Origin: Balanoglossus misakiensis
Taxonomy: Eukaryota > Animalia > Hemichordata
Direction: 5' to 3'
Assembly (NCBI GenBank): GCA_040954595.2
Contig: CM082596.2
Location: forward strand, 2,654,556-2,718,555
DNA length: 64,000 nucleotides
In this document: one piece after another, positions 50,928-64,000 of the stretch
How positions within the stretch are numbered: position 1 is the stretch's first letter
Layout: each line of letters begins with the position of its first letter
Notes under the pieces: model-generated
Databases searched by the model: none
What the model was told of the DNA's origin: nothing
Seen by the model: the letters and a program-made list of their open reading frames with translations, nothing else
Translations under genes and position numbers: made by a program

Positions 50928-53490
50928 TGCACGTACCTGCTGCATTCCGGTTGCAGGTGTGAGAGGAACGCTTAACAGTCGGGACTTCTACAGTCAAAAG
51001 TCGTTGGAGTTTATTTGTAAGTCCCTAATGCCGTGTTTCACTTGACTGCTATGTGACAAGAATTTCCAGGCGGGAAAATGAAGTCCTATCGCCGTAGCCG
51101 CATGCTCCAAAAATCGATCAGACGATTAATCTCTTCGCGTAAGCAGACGTTTGCTCATGAGTAGTCCTCTTCTCCCCCGAGACAAGCCAGGGTTCTTGTG
51201 GATTAATAGATAAAGCAGAAGTCGATGACGTACACTTGATATATGGCAGGTCTCACTAGTGCAGCAACAAATTTTCAAATCCATCAACACTGGCGCAGCT
51301 TTGAGTGAAACACACACTCGTTTCCACATTTGTCATATTGGTTGTATTATTACAAGTGATATGTTCGTCCGTCTCGTCAGTAAAAATCGGAGCTTCGCGC
51401 TCGAGTCGCCTCATTATCATATTCAGCAGTCGAGAACTCAACGTGACCCTTCGTGCACAGCCATGTTTGAAACATCTATCGAACAGATGTTCATTTAATC
51501 AATTATTAAATGATACTAATAATATAAACTGACACAAGGCGTCAATAAAATCAATCTTGCATCTCTTCCTCTGGTTTGCAATGAATCCGATATCACTGCG
51601 CGCAGTCACGAATGCCTATAATTTGAAATATGACTCAATAATGCCCCAATTGAGTTGGAGAAACCGTCCGAAACTCTTTATTAACGCTATCGCTTGTCGT
51701 TAACCCAACTGGGGGGCGGGTACACATCACATAATCGCTGACGTCAACAGAACCTGTGGACGATGAGGCACATAAATTGTCGACGAGAGGTGAAACTTGA
51801 AAATTGTAGAAGACGTACAGTGACTGGCATCAGGTACCCGTTGTTTCCAAGAAGTATACATGAATTGATTAATTAGAAGTCAGTCTGTGTCTCGTTTAAA
51901 TTATTATCATCACCATCACCATGATTGTTAAAGCAACGTGAACTTATTTAGTTAATTGTGCAGCATGTGCTATTAGGAAAAGATCAAAATGAACATTATA
52001 AGGTTATTCTAGTCTCGTCACCTCGTAAAAATATCATCACCTCAAGACTTTCTGGGACAGGGTTAACAAATTTACGACTGTCACAGGAATATACAGCAAA
52101 AATAGTTGCAGGTGGGGGCATACTGTGCGTAATAGTTACATTGCACACGTATTAGTGTCTGCTCCGACTGTTTTATGTATATTGCGATGTTGGAGATATA
52201 ATCATTGGTTTATTATTGAGACATAATTATTGTTTTATTAAATAGATAAAATATAATTCATTTCCATCCATGAGGCAAAGATAATTTATCGCATGGAAAG
52301 AACTCCTTGAGTTGGGAAGGAAATCGAATAATCAATCTGTAAGATTGTTTATCTCTACAAGAAACTTAATTGTCTGATCAGAATATATAGGAATTGAGTA
52401 TAGCTATATAGGCCTCAACCAGAAAAACACAATTTGGTCGTCTGTGAGGCCACCATGATATATGTTGTTCTACTTTCTAGTATAGTGGTACGCACTGTAA
52501 CTGAGGCCTTTTCGTCCATATATTTTTGTGACCGAGATTTTAAACTTTATATCTGTTTCAAAATCTGTTTGATGAAGGATACACAATCTGTGTAATCTTG
52601 CCCACTGTTACTATCTATAGAATTACTTAGACATCAGTGCATCAACTCCCCGTTAACTGTGACACTATCTCTCCCAATGAGCAGACGATAAACTTGAACG
52701 AGTCATCATCGCAAGGTCTCGCACAAAGGGTTGTGTGTTTCCGTGGAATTAACGCTGCAGTTTTCCGACCGATTTTACTTCCCGCAGCCCGGAATAAGTT
52801 TCATTTTATGGAGTTGTCGATAGCATCTGACGACAGATGCAGATTTTTCATGTGGTGAAGAATCTTTTAGGCGCTGTTAATGACTACTGCATCACGAAGC
52901 AGCGTCTATACAAGTGTAGATGGTGAATACTAATTCAATTACGACAGAATTCCACACATAGCTATTAACTGAATGACCTTGCTAGTTCCATCATACATGC
53001 GAACAAAAAGAAAAGCTGCCGATCCTCCGAGCGAATTTGACTTGCATGCAACTTGAATGAAAAACTTCTAGGCTTTGTAAAGTTCATCCTGGTGTTTTAT
53101 CCACTTCCCAGACAGCAGTTTATTCATAACTGTGTCACGTTCTGTGTAGTGCCATGTTTATAGTTAAACATCAATCGATTAAACACTTGCAAGTCAAACG
53201 TAATAATGTGTGCCGCGTCGATTCATGACAAAATGCACAAAAGTCTACTTCAAAGTATGTGGCAGTAACACATCCATTTCGATTACAGCGTAGTTCTTTG
53301 ACTCTATAGAGTTCGAAGCTCAATAGCCCATTCAGTTTGTTTAAAAAGAGTGGAACTGTGGTTTTTGAAAACATATTGAACGGCTTGTCATAGCATGAAT
53401 CAATATCGGACACAGAAGTTTGCGATATATCATGTTATTGGAGGGAAGGTTGAATTTAGCAACCGTTTCTGTCTGAAGTGTAGGGAATTC

Positions 53491-53606
53491 TGAGGTTCAC
53501 CAAAGAGCGCCGATGTCGCCTGAAATTATAAATTCTTTCCTTCATTCTTGCTCTCGCAGTCTCCACTGCGTGGCAGCTTTTTGCGCCCTCAGTTGGTGAA
53601 CTTTCA
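53491..53606. mobile_element. MITE-like element with imperfect terminal inverted repeats
   Basis: TGAGGTTCACCAAAGAGCGC ... GCGCCCTCAGTTGGTGAACTTTCA. Confidence 0.5.
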
Positions 53607-54460
53607 ATACATCCGCTCTATAACTTGTTATCAAGGTGTTCGCAATGCAATCAGGTCATCTGTGTCGCAGCTGTAGTATACTAAAAGTAGTGTACACATG
53701 ATCCATAATTTCGCCTCTGGGTAATCCTTGCCATGGTGTGTGTGATGTCATCTCATTGATTCAAGAATACAAAGTCATATGCCGTGTAGGATTAGGGAAA
53801 ACAAAGACACTGAGAAATTAACATTAAAATGGAAATCATCACAAGGACAGTAGTGGTTTTTATTCATGATATGGATATCACATACGTCTCAAATTCACAA
53901 CTGCAATTTAAGGAATCTACAAGTGTGACCAAGTTATTATAAGAAAAGAATGATTCGTCTTTTTAGAAAGATTAGTCACTGTTATCTGCGTATCAAGAAG
54001 ATCCTCTGAATTTTCAAGAAAAGTACATAAATTATAACACAACATTGTTGATGCTTTAATAGGTTTTACATTACATGGTTTTAGGAAGACATCCATACAA
54101 ACGTTTTTTGTTTTTTTCTTCAGTTACATAACAGCATCTGTTTATATTTATGAAGCCAGCGAAATATATACACCATTCAACATAAACAGTACTGATGAAA
54201 AACAACAAGTTAGAAGATTATGCCCTGTGCGGGCGCTACACTATTATAATGTAACTGTAAATCTGAATCTTGCCTTGTGAGGGCATTTTACAACTATAAA
54301 GTATCAAGAATCTGAATCGTCAATCAATATGGCAACATTACAAATGTAAATAACATTCATAATTGAAATATATTCATAAAAAGATGATCATTTATTTAAT
54401 TATGCTGTACATTTGTTCAAGGTTTGTCGAAGCCCTTTTCTTCCTTGATTCGTCCGGTGG

Positions 54461-54523
54461 CTACAAAATATTGCACGTATGAGACTGTTTCTGTGTGCCT
54501 TGTTCTTTGACATTGATGATTTT
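54461..54523 (-). CDS. Ankyrin protein last coding exon (CaaX)
   Basis: ttttccag|AAA...; KIINVKEQGTQKQSHTCNIL*. Confidence 0.75.
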   Translation of the reverse strand, partial: KIINVKEQGTQKQSHTCNIL

Positions 54524-56498
54524 CTGGAAAAGAATTAGAAAAAAGTGATTAAAGATGGACAGGCATGGACAGTCATTCTATATACATTATCCACTTAACG
54601 TTTAGCCAGTGCGGCTACTTCTGGTTAGAAGTCTTTCAACATCTACAAACGTCCCACTGTCTATTGCTTGATTCTACCAACATAGGATATAAACCTGGTG
54701 CTCCTGTTCACCACTCCTCATATCTCTCTCCCCACCTCTCTGTAAATTGCAAATTAATGCCAACTCATGTTCACTCAGATTATATTATTAGATAACCCTT
54801 ACTTCTTTGTTTCCCTTTGTTTTTGGTTCCTCTGTTTCACCAACAGCAATTCCCTGTCATTACAAAGAAATGGACATTTGTCAATTTTACAGTTACCGTA
54901 AATATGTGCTACATTATTTTGTAGCCATAATGTTGCTGTAAGCAACTTGCTATAAGACTTTTCCATATGAGTAGCCCACAGTTCCGGTTTATTTTCATAA
55001 ACTTCTTAAATCCTCAATTTGGATGACGCAAACTACTCAGATACTGTGGCTTCACATCGATCCAATTTTACCTGTTCTTTGTATTCTTCTAGTTTCTTGT
55101 CTATCAGCTGTATGACGTCAGTCATCTTGTACCTCTGGGCATACGTCCTCGCTGTCTCTTTCTTTGTCTCAATCTTCCCGTTTGAATTTTCGTGCTTCAA
55201 CTACAAAATATAACCACAGAAACACACAAAGAGTCATCAGAACTGTAATGTTTACCTGTAAGAATGATGCTCAAGAATTTTTGTAGTCAACATTGTCCGA
55301 AACTTTGCTTAGTATAATTTCTCAGCATAGGAGACGTACCATATAGTACATTATATGTATTTTCGATAAAAGATACCTACCTCGAGGACGTATGCTACAT
55401 CAATTCCCTGGTTTATGAGTAGTTCACACACAGCCCAGTTGCCATGGCGAATTGCCCTCATCAACAATGACTCACCCGTGTCTGTCTGCTCGGTTAAACA
55501 GAAAACAATTTTAATATATAAATTCCTTTCAGTTTGCAAAAGATACTAGGTTTATGGGAATTCGCATGTGAATCTATTAGTCTCATGATTGGGTCAGTGT
55601 TGTCGTTAAATTCAGTGCCACTTTTGTTTTTATCCATCAAGGAAAACAAGAAGACACAAGTTTTCATATTCAGTTCAGTCCGACAGGGTAATAATACTCG
55701 AACAGGTTGCTGTTTACCGACTTGTACACTTACTGCTGCATTAATATCCGCCCCTTGTCCCAGTAGACTTTTCGTGAGTTTGGCATCTCCGTCATCTACA
55801 GCCATTGGAATGTTCTGAAGGAAAGAAGACAAGGAAGGGTTACTTCAGACAGCAGACTGACGGTCTGACTTGCTGATGTGACCGTGGGAACAACAAGGGA
55901 CAATCCGTGACATAATAGTGATGTTTACCTTATTTGCAAGCGATGTCCTTTCTATGAGTTCATAGATGTCGTCCCAGCCCTTCTCCTCAGCTAAATCAAG
56001 GGCTGATTTATATTGGTCGCTGTCACCTGGCTATTAAAATAAAATTTTAACACTGTTTGTGGGTTGCATTCACATTATACAAGACTCATTGCTCAAATAC
56101 CGTGTTTCTGAGTGTATTCTAATTATTTTTAAAAAGGGAATAAGTTAACTTGGCAGCAACATTTGTTATCATGATCTGGTGTTTCTCACCTGGTTATTTC
56201 TGTAATTGATATTTATTCCACGTGCTATCAAAAGTCTCGCAACATCTTTCTGTTCATTTGATATGGCTAGCATCAGCAGGTTTCTACCATTCTGTTTATA
56301 ACAAAGAGATAATTGTTATAACCACCATATGATTATGTGACGCATAACTGATGAAAAGCAATGTTAATATATTTGGAATCTAGATAATTCTTGATACAAA
56401 TACATAAATGTTACCTCAGTGACGTCAATATCAGCCCCTTTCTTGATAAGTTCCTCTGTTTCTTTGGCATCTCCACTCCTGACTGCTAAAATAATAGT
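54461..56498 (-). CDS. Ankyrin-repeat protein with C-terminal CaaX box (CNIL); 5' end not resolved; at least 253 aa
   Basis: Phase-0 exons 56415-56498, 56190-56291, 55929-56030, 55734-55814, 55381-55485, 55072-55200, 54803-54853, 54695-54739 (less certain) and 54461-54523. Ankyrin motifs LIKKGADID, GRNLLMLAI..LLIARGININ, SALDLAEEKG, LLGQGADIN and GESLLMRAI..LLINQGID. Confidence 0.82.
54695..54739 (-). CDS. Ankyrin protein candidate 45-nt cassette exon
   Basis: tttacag|AGA...CAG|gtttat; RGGERDMRSGEQEHQ. The preceding intron is only 63 nt. Confidence 0.45.
54803..54853 (-). CDS. Ankyrin protein 51-nt exon
   Basis: gacag|GGA...GAA|gtaagg; GIAVGETEEPKTKGNKE. Confidence 0.7.
55072..55200 (-). 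CDS. Ankyrin protein exon (capping repeat)
   Basis: tttgtag|TTG...CAG|gtaaaa; LKHENSNGKIETKKETARTYAQRYKMTDVIQLIDKKLEEYKEQ. Confidence 0.8.
55381..55485 (-). CDS. Ankyrin repeat exon
   Basis: gagcag|ACA...GAG|gtaggt; TDTGESLLMRAIRHGNWAVCELLINQGIDVAYVLE. Confidence 0.82.
55734..55814 (-). CDS. Ankyrin repeat exon
   Basis: cttcag|AAC...GCA|gtaagt; NIPMAVDDGDAKLTKSLLGQGADINAA. Confidence 0.85.
55929..56030 (-). CDS. Ankyrin repeat exon
   Basis: ttttaatag|CCA...AAG|gtaaac; PGDSDQYKSALDLAEEKGWDDIYELIERTSLANK. Confidence 0.82.
56190..56291 (-). CDS. Ankyrin repeat exon
   Basis: aaacag|AAT...CAG|gtgaga; NGRNLLMLAISNEQKDVARLLIARGININYRNNQ. Confidence 0.85.
56415..56498 (-). CDS. Ankyrin repeat exon (most 5' confidently placed)
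   Basis: ctatccag|ACT...GAG|gtaaca; TIILAVRSGDAKETEELIKKGADIDVTE. Confidence 0.85.
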
Positions 56499-59400
56499 CT
56501 GGATAGAAATATAACCATTTCGACATTCAGTTAACAATGGTACGATAAGAAGATAGTTATATTGGAAATCAAATTCATGCAGTCATGTTGAATACTAGTT
56601 TATGAACTAACCTTGCTGAGTTGGTCTTTGTTGTCTGTTGTTGCCTTCCTCGACCGATGCACGACAAAACTACTAGAGATAAAGCAAACAAAAAGTCAAG
56701 CAAGTTATTATGGTGATTAGCAGAAATATATAATGTCATGAATAGTTTAGTTAGACTGCAGTGCCCTTGTACATATACCAAATTTTAAATTTTCGGTCAA
56801 CCGATGGACATATCCTATCATAGCAAAAGAGAAAGATGACCTACCAAGTAGAAAAATATAGTGACATCTCATATCATTCAACAAGTGGCACAGGACGCGA
56901 TAAAAATGACAGAGCAGCTTGCGTTTGAATCGAAAATTCAATATGCACACAGTAAACGTAGCAGATAACGTGTTCGGTTCAACACTGAAACATATACCTC
57001 GGTGTGTCTTAGTCACGGTTTATGGCGTGAACAAACAAAAATAAAATGTATTAAGATGACAACACTAGTAAAGTTTCCGTTTAATGGAACTCAACGCGGG
57101 CGTTAATATGGAGCCACAATGTAAGAAATTACACTGACCCTCTTGGGGACGATACATTTCCCTTTAACGGTAACTAAGAGTGGAACAGTTTTTCTCTCCC
57201 ATTCTACTTGACATTGGATGTAACCCTGACGAACGTCAAAAACATTTTCTATCAATTAGTGATCCTTTGTCCGGTTTGCGTCAGCCAGAAGTTGCATTAA
57301 CCTTGACCTTCAATTGAGCATGATTGTCTGTGACAGCTAGCCTTGCCGACTGACGCACCAAAGATCTCTTTATTTCGCAATTATCGCATTTAGGAGGTTA
57401 TTTTTTTAAAAGTGTTTGAAACTTCTCCCATTTTTGGCCTGTGATCACACTTCACCACCATACAATACTGTGCTCTTGAGAACAGGTGTCAATTTTCTTT
57501 TGTAAACTATTTTTCAGTGTTTTGTTTTTGACATAGCGGTGTGTCAGATGTCAGGAAAGCTTTGACAACAGGACTAGCCCTGTCTGATACGCAAGTGAGC
57601 TGGCAGGATCTTAATATCCCAACCATCATCAGTCGTCGTAATTGGCATCGATCAGTTCAACTCAAAACCTGGCCTTCACACGCAATATCGACCATTTGAA
57701 CGATCGGGCAAAGTTCCCATCAGTGTTTTACGCTCGCATTAGACAGATCTAGTTCCGTTCGCGCGGGTTGCAAATAGTCGTAAGGAGACCGTGATATCAT
57801 TTTAAAACGCTTTTCGCTTAATGAGCAGTGACTGTCGTGTTGTACGTGGCATTTTGCCGTCTAATGCAAAGTAGTGAGTTTCCGAATTCAACTTTTACGA
57901 CCAGGCAGATAAAAGGAAATACGTGTAAAGTATAAACCGCTAAATGGTGGCAACACACTATAATTCGAGCCAAGTGACAGGCGATGATTGGGTTATCATA
58001 GCTTAAATGTCATGTCAGTGTGATGTCTGTTATATCGACACCTAGGGAGACGATTCTTCGCGGATGATAGTCAGTCATTTATTCGAATGATATCACCAAT
58101 CTCGGAGAGAATGTCAATTAAACTTGGTTCTCTCTTAGCACGGACTGACACCGCTATACATAATGACCAAATAAAAAACAGTCGGGCTTGTTTGTGCGAC
58201 AATATTAACCATCAATTCTCCCCTCGCACTTAAACATTCAAAGCAACACACAGTATCGGCGGGTAATGTGATTGCAAAATCAAATCAAGGGAGATTGAGC
58301 GACTTTGGGTCGATAGAAATTCTTAATGACCCACTTTGTGCAATTGAATCGTCGAGAATCATTGCGGCAAAGGGTGTAGTCGGGTCATCAGAATTGGATT
58401 GTGAGATATGTGATCTAGCAAGGTGAACATTTCTGCTCCAAAAAGCACTATGACGTCATTCTGTTGCCTTCAACCACGGTTTAAGCGATGTCTGCAAGGT
58501 TCAAACTTTACAAGACCAGGTGACTAATCTGAGATTAGTGATAAGGTCACTTGAATCATCTTGTTTTCCCCATCGATCGACATACGCATTTCTCTGACGT
58601 ATACCTCTTTGACAAATGTCCCCAGGTTGTGATTTCTACTAATTGGTCATACGAGAACAGCGCTCTATATGCGACATGTCCCATTAGGCATTTTCTGTGA
58701 TTTTCTTCAAGATACAAATTTAATACAAAAGTAAAATGTGCATTTACAGACAACTGCAAAGTTATATGCAATAGTAGAGACAGAGACAGAGAGAGGGTTG
58801 GAAAAAGATAGACATATTCATATAGGCCTACATCATACACATATACATATACCTTCTCAACGCACTCATAGACACAAATGGAGTGCCGATGGTACATGTA
58901 CTACATTGTGCCAGTGAGCATGTTGAGTCTGACATGTTGTGATGTGTGAGCTACAGTCTGAGCAGCGCGGTAGTTCAACTTTACGGAGCATCAAACTACA
59001 AAAGGGACTACTGTGATGAAACAATTCACCTCGACGCAGGTATCAGGTTGCCTCCAGGCAAACAACCATTACTTAGGCGAGGCCTTTGACTTTCAAATGC
59101 TTCGCGAAAGTCCATTCACCCTAGAGCTTTACGTGTAGAAAATCTATAAAAAAACATGGCTAACAGAAGTTGGAGCATGTAGCTTTTAAGTTAAGTGATT
59201 TGACCCAAATGCTGAACATCTATAGTCGTAAATCAACACCGAGCTGCGGATGTGAGTGCGATGTTGTTTTGTTGATATTCCTGGTTCAGATGTGATGCAA
59301 AAAGAGGATGAAAAAGGAAAACGTGGGGCGTGTGCATCAACAATAATAAAATTGTACTCATCAGTCTGAAACTTAAGTTTATACTCGACTTTATGTACAC

Positions 59401-62400
59401 TTCCTTTGCATTCTCGTGAACATTTTTACATCGGGTTTACACCTCAAACCTTTACATGACTCCAACAAAGCGACACATGATCACTCGTGGCTTAAAATCA
59501 TACATGAAAGAAATAATCAAACCATGATTGCCTTTGGGGAAACGATTTGTACTGCGAAAGAGACCTTCACAAATCACGACATTAAAAAAAAATCGGCCTC
59601 CGATACACAATAACTCATTGTTGACTTGTTCGACGTTAGCATCCGTTTTTGCCACTACAAGTTCATATGTAGTAAACGGCAGTATATGAAATCACTGAAA
59701 ATGATGAAACAGACTGGCTTCAGTTTATATTTCCATAAGCACAGCTTGAACTTCAAATTGGATCACGGTGATAAATAATTTAAACCATTAAATCAAATAT
59801 ACACCTGTGTTTAAAAGCTAAAAGTCACTGTCATCGCATTTTACAATGAGCGAGATAGTGTCAAGGCAGATTAGACATGGCTACTTATGTCGTAAATGGG
59901 GTAGAATAAATGTAATCTAAATTAAAAACAGTGTTAAAAGTGTGTGGTTTGTTAACAGAGACAAAAAAGAATTACCGGCGACGAGGGGAATACATCCCAC
60001 TGCTGTTGGACACCCTGCGTCCTCGCAAATCTTCGAAAAGTTCAGGTCTCGGAGCCTGTAAGTCCAAACTTTGCACGCTGCTTTGTTACACGCCTGTTGG
60101 TTTCAACATGTTCCATATCATTGTGTCAGATCCTTTTATGTGCTGTGTATTAACTTGGGGAGTATTGGCTCAGTAGCTTCAATTGTGACGCGAGAGGATC
60201 ATTTGTAAACAGCCTGACCTGTTTGAAATTCGTGTCGCATCTTCTTGTCAACGGACATGCTAATGTGGTCTCATTCCTAGGCCTGAATGTCTGTCTCGAC
60301 CGTATACCGGGTACTTCTTTCGGATCCGTCTGTTTACTTGAAATGTACTAATTATGTTCATTAGGCCTGTTTTGACGGCAAGCTGTGTTTTTGAATATCA
60401 GACAAATACTAGGGGCAGTACATGACCGAGAATTTGGTTTTCTGATGGCACAGAAGACTGTTCTCCTACAGAAATATTGAGATTCACGAATATGAGTTCT
60501 CCAAATAGGAAATGGTCCATTAGTCACCAATTACTATGTATTTTGCGACTGCTTCCTGAACCCACGAACAGACAAATGCCTGATACTTGTATGAAAGCAT
60601 CGTGATGCCACTTGAGTTACATCTCACATATGTTTAATATGTTATTTTCAACGAAAAATCTGATGTACATTGAGAATGCCTTTGAAGTGGCCATGGTCTT
60701 TTTCGAGTACCAGGTGCATACAACACTCAAGAGTGCCAGAGGCGATACTTTTCACATGGGTTGACGTAACTCGTAAAGGTCTTTTTTTCACTTCTTTCAC
60801 TCTGAACGGGTAATAGAGTTTATGTGTTGATAATTACTTTATATTTTAATAAAAAATACCCTTCGGCCATTTGTCTACAGGGGACAGAACCTTATATTTG
60901 ACTTATACTGCGCTTAATTACCGTCACTATTATAACTGCGTGTACGCTTCGTGTCCATGGTTACGTTGACATAAATATGTCAGGCTGTAAATAAGATGAC
61001 TATAAAACTATACATATAAATATGAAAGGTGCTTGAGATTTTTCTTACTGTAACCTAACTGTCTAGGGCAACTTTGCTTTAGTTTGGCGTTATTCTGTAC
61101 AAATTTATTTTAACATTAGGAGCTCGTCTTATTGAATGGCTAAATTTCTTTTGTTCACAAACATCTTATTGGTAGAAATAGCCTGTGTATTGACATGGCA
61201 TATCAGAAACTGGTCGTGTCACTATAAATAGCATGTGCCACCTGGATAAAGCGTAACACGCCATTAAAGACATATGCACCATCTGCAATAACATGTCGCG
61301 ATCGATCTGAGGAGCCTCTTTAACTGCGAGTCTTAGTCATAAAAGAGGATTACATGGCTAGTTTGATCACAGTGTAACGATGCGTCATCAACAGCGCAAT
61401 AATTCCCCTGATATGGTTGTCACTTTGTGCGATTCATTGCACAAATGATGTCAGTTACATCCCTCTTACGTTATTACAAAGAGACAAACGCCCAAAACAT
61501 TAAGACTTACATGCGTGTCTGTATACATATACCCTATTTGTGCATCTTATATATATTGCCAGTTGAGTTCATTTTCCAACGGAGTGCAAAATTCAATTTA
61601 AGTTCCCATATACGCTGAGGTCAACATGAAAACAAAAGCAGGGTTTTCTGTGGTGAGTGTATTTTGACGTCTACCGGTAATGCAGTAGGTTGTAAAAGGA
61701 CCTCGTTTCTGACTTTAAGTAGAAAATGTGGAAATCATTTCCCTTGGGTTTTCTACAAATGTAAAGGTGCGTTCCAAACAGTCGAATTAAGTGACAGAAC
61801 TTTTAATGCGTGAAGGCTGGCTACATTATTTGGCTCGTGTAGGCCTCTTCTTCTTACTGGTTTGTTCTAAACTCTATAATTTGTTTGCAGAAATACGCTT
61901 TAATGATATGTCACAAGCTTTAATCTACGTGCTTCGCGCAATGAATTTTATAATCTGCAGCTATCAGGGACAGTGTGCTCTCAATGAAGTATTGAATGTC
62001 CAATGAGTCCAGACTGTAAGCAACCCAGACACATTTATTTGTAATCTCTAAGACTATTACTGGCTGAAAATATGGGTCTTGCCCTCAAGCGCTAGCTATC
62101 AATCATAACACATACAAAAGCAACTTTATGAACCTTTTGCAGAATATATATGTAGCAGATAGTTTTGCGATTGCAGCGTCGTCGCGAACACAGTGTTAGA
62201 CTTTGTAATTATAGCACACGATGGAAACCCATTATGCGACCTGAAACTCATTTTCGCAATCTCTCCTCACGTAAATAACTTAATAACCCCAATGGACTTA
62301 ATAGGTTCCTTGTTACTGTTGACAACATCTAATCTGTAATTATCACGTCCTACAGAAAGCTCGTGAAGGCATCAAGGACAGTAGTAACTTAAGCCTACAC

Positions 62401-64000
62401 AATGCCCTATGGAGGACGTACGTATATATACCGTACATCATTGCGTTTTATGTGTCGGTTGATGAGTGGTTGTTTTCTGTCCGGCGCAAATATCGCTTCC
62501 GCTTGTCGCGTTGAGTTGTTCCCGGTAGGTTTTGTCTGGGTTTCAGGTCGTAAATATTCTTAATGTGCTGGTTGGCTCCGGTCTGTATTCTTCAAGGGGG
62601 AAATGGCAACACCTGATTGTGTCATGATTGTGTTGCTAACAGGAAGGAGAAACACGCATATGTAGAAACACGATAATTTGCGCATGACAGGGAAAATCTT
62701 CTTAAATGTATTGCACCATGTATCCACGGTGAATCTGCAAGTTACGTTATCGTTACAATGTAAAAATGTTATGGTTTCTGCCATCAACTAATACAGACAT
62801 ATTTTATTCTTTATTACTGTAATATTTCCTAGTGCTGGCTATAACCTGACTTCTGCTAATGCAGTACCTCACCAACAACCAAACATGTATAAATCATTCC
62901 TTTTGAGAGGCTTTTTGCTACCCATTAGGACCATCATCAAACGTGTCAGCACTGGTTTACGGCTTGACAAACTGATGGTAGAGTGATGTTGTAAAGATGC
63001 CTGTTTCACTGGTTACATTAAACTTAAGGTGAGAATCAAAGATAAGGTCACTAGGCAACAGTCGCTAAGGATCAATTCTCCAATTGTTAGACATTTGACG
63101 TTAGTTTCTTTGGCTTGACGCGGGTCTTTTTAACATTCAAAAGATCCAGCAGCCGACCATCATGTTCACCAACTACCATTTCCTCAGTTGTTTCACACAA
63201 ATCTTGAACACACAATAAAAGCCATGTTTTCCTTTTCCTAAATCCTTCTAATATACAAGAATAGTTTCCATGGAGAACATTCGCGAAGAACGGTAAACGA
63301 GAACTGAAATGCCAAGCCTTCTGAAGTGCCAGGCAACGATGATAGAATGTGTGTATTTTATGAAACTTAACAGAAATTAGTCATATAGACACACTTAAGA
63401 GGAAAGCACGGCGACTGGATTACTTCTGGGCTTTATTTAATTATTAGTCAGGGCTATTTCATCTTAAAGTGTAGCGGCAAATAAATGTGTCATCTCAAGC
63501 AAAGGGGTCAACACGAAGGGGCACATTCATTCAACTGATCTGTTTTCGTTGTCAGAGAAACGTAATCCATCCAACTTTTCCCACAAATCGTAATCTTATT
63601 CAGGTAACCATTACATCAATGTGTGGGTGGATATGTACATCTATCCGATAGCCAACTGATTCTCACCTTTTGATTAAGCAATCTCCACTTTGCTATAATT
63701 ACATGAAATTACCAATCTCATTTTCATCAAAATATACTTTCATATGAACGGGTGTGTTTTTCTAAGGTGCTATATCTAGGCAGATTTACTCTGGAATAAT
63801 ACGAATGAATTGGATATTGTTGTTTAAGCCCTGTTTAATAATTATAACAGAAAATGATAGTGAATATTATACCATCTAAAATCAGTCTGTGAAATCCTTC
63901 AGTATCTTAAAAGTGCAGAATTTCAACTTTTAATTGTTTGAAAACTGAACAAATGTTATGAAGCACATCTTCTAAACTTATACCCGGACTGCATCTTCAT

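Noticed and set aside
51126-51532. Several overlapping short ORFs upstream of nAChR-like B
   Set aside because: No recognisable domain; more consistent with promoter or 5'UTR sequence.

Overview
AT-rich, intron-containing eukaryotic (animal) genomic DNA. The repeat style and gene content suggest an invertebrate deuterostome such as a hemichordate, but this is inference. The ORF track is mostly noise, and the real genes were reconstructed by hand from GT-AG splice sites and reading-frame continuity. Four minus-strand genes are supported: (1) a 5-exon glycine N-acyltransferase-like GNAT (6984-8920, 296 aa); (2) and (3) two tandem 7-exon nicotinic acetylcholine receptor-like Cys-loop channel subunits of the alpha7/9/10 type (10585-31666, 486 aa; 41274-50822, 474 aa); (4) a 5'-incomplete ankyrin-repeat protein ending in a CaaX prenylation box (54461-56498+). 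The most notable signal is in the two channels. Both keep the full aromatic agonist box and a cation-type M2, but replace the alpha-defining vicinal Cys-Cys of loop C with Asp-Ala ([11 protein letters not shown]). This motif is identical at protein level despite many silent differences, suggesting a selected subfamily with atypical ligand specificity. The rest is introns and intergenic DNA with MITE-like hairpins, mini/microsatellites and candidate RFX/CRE motifs.
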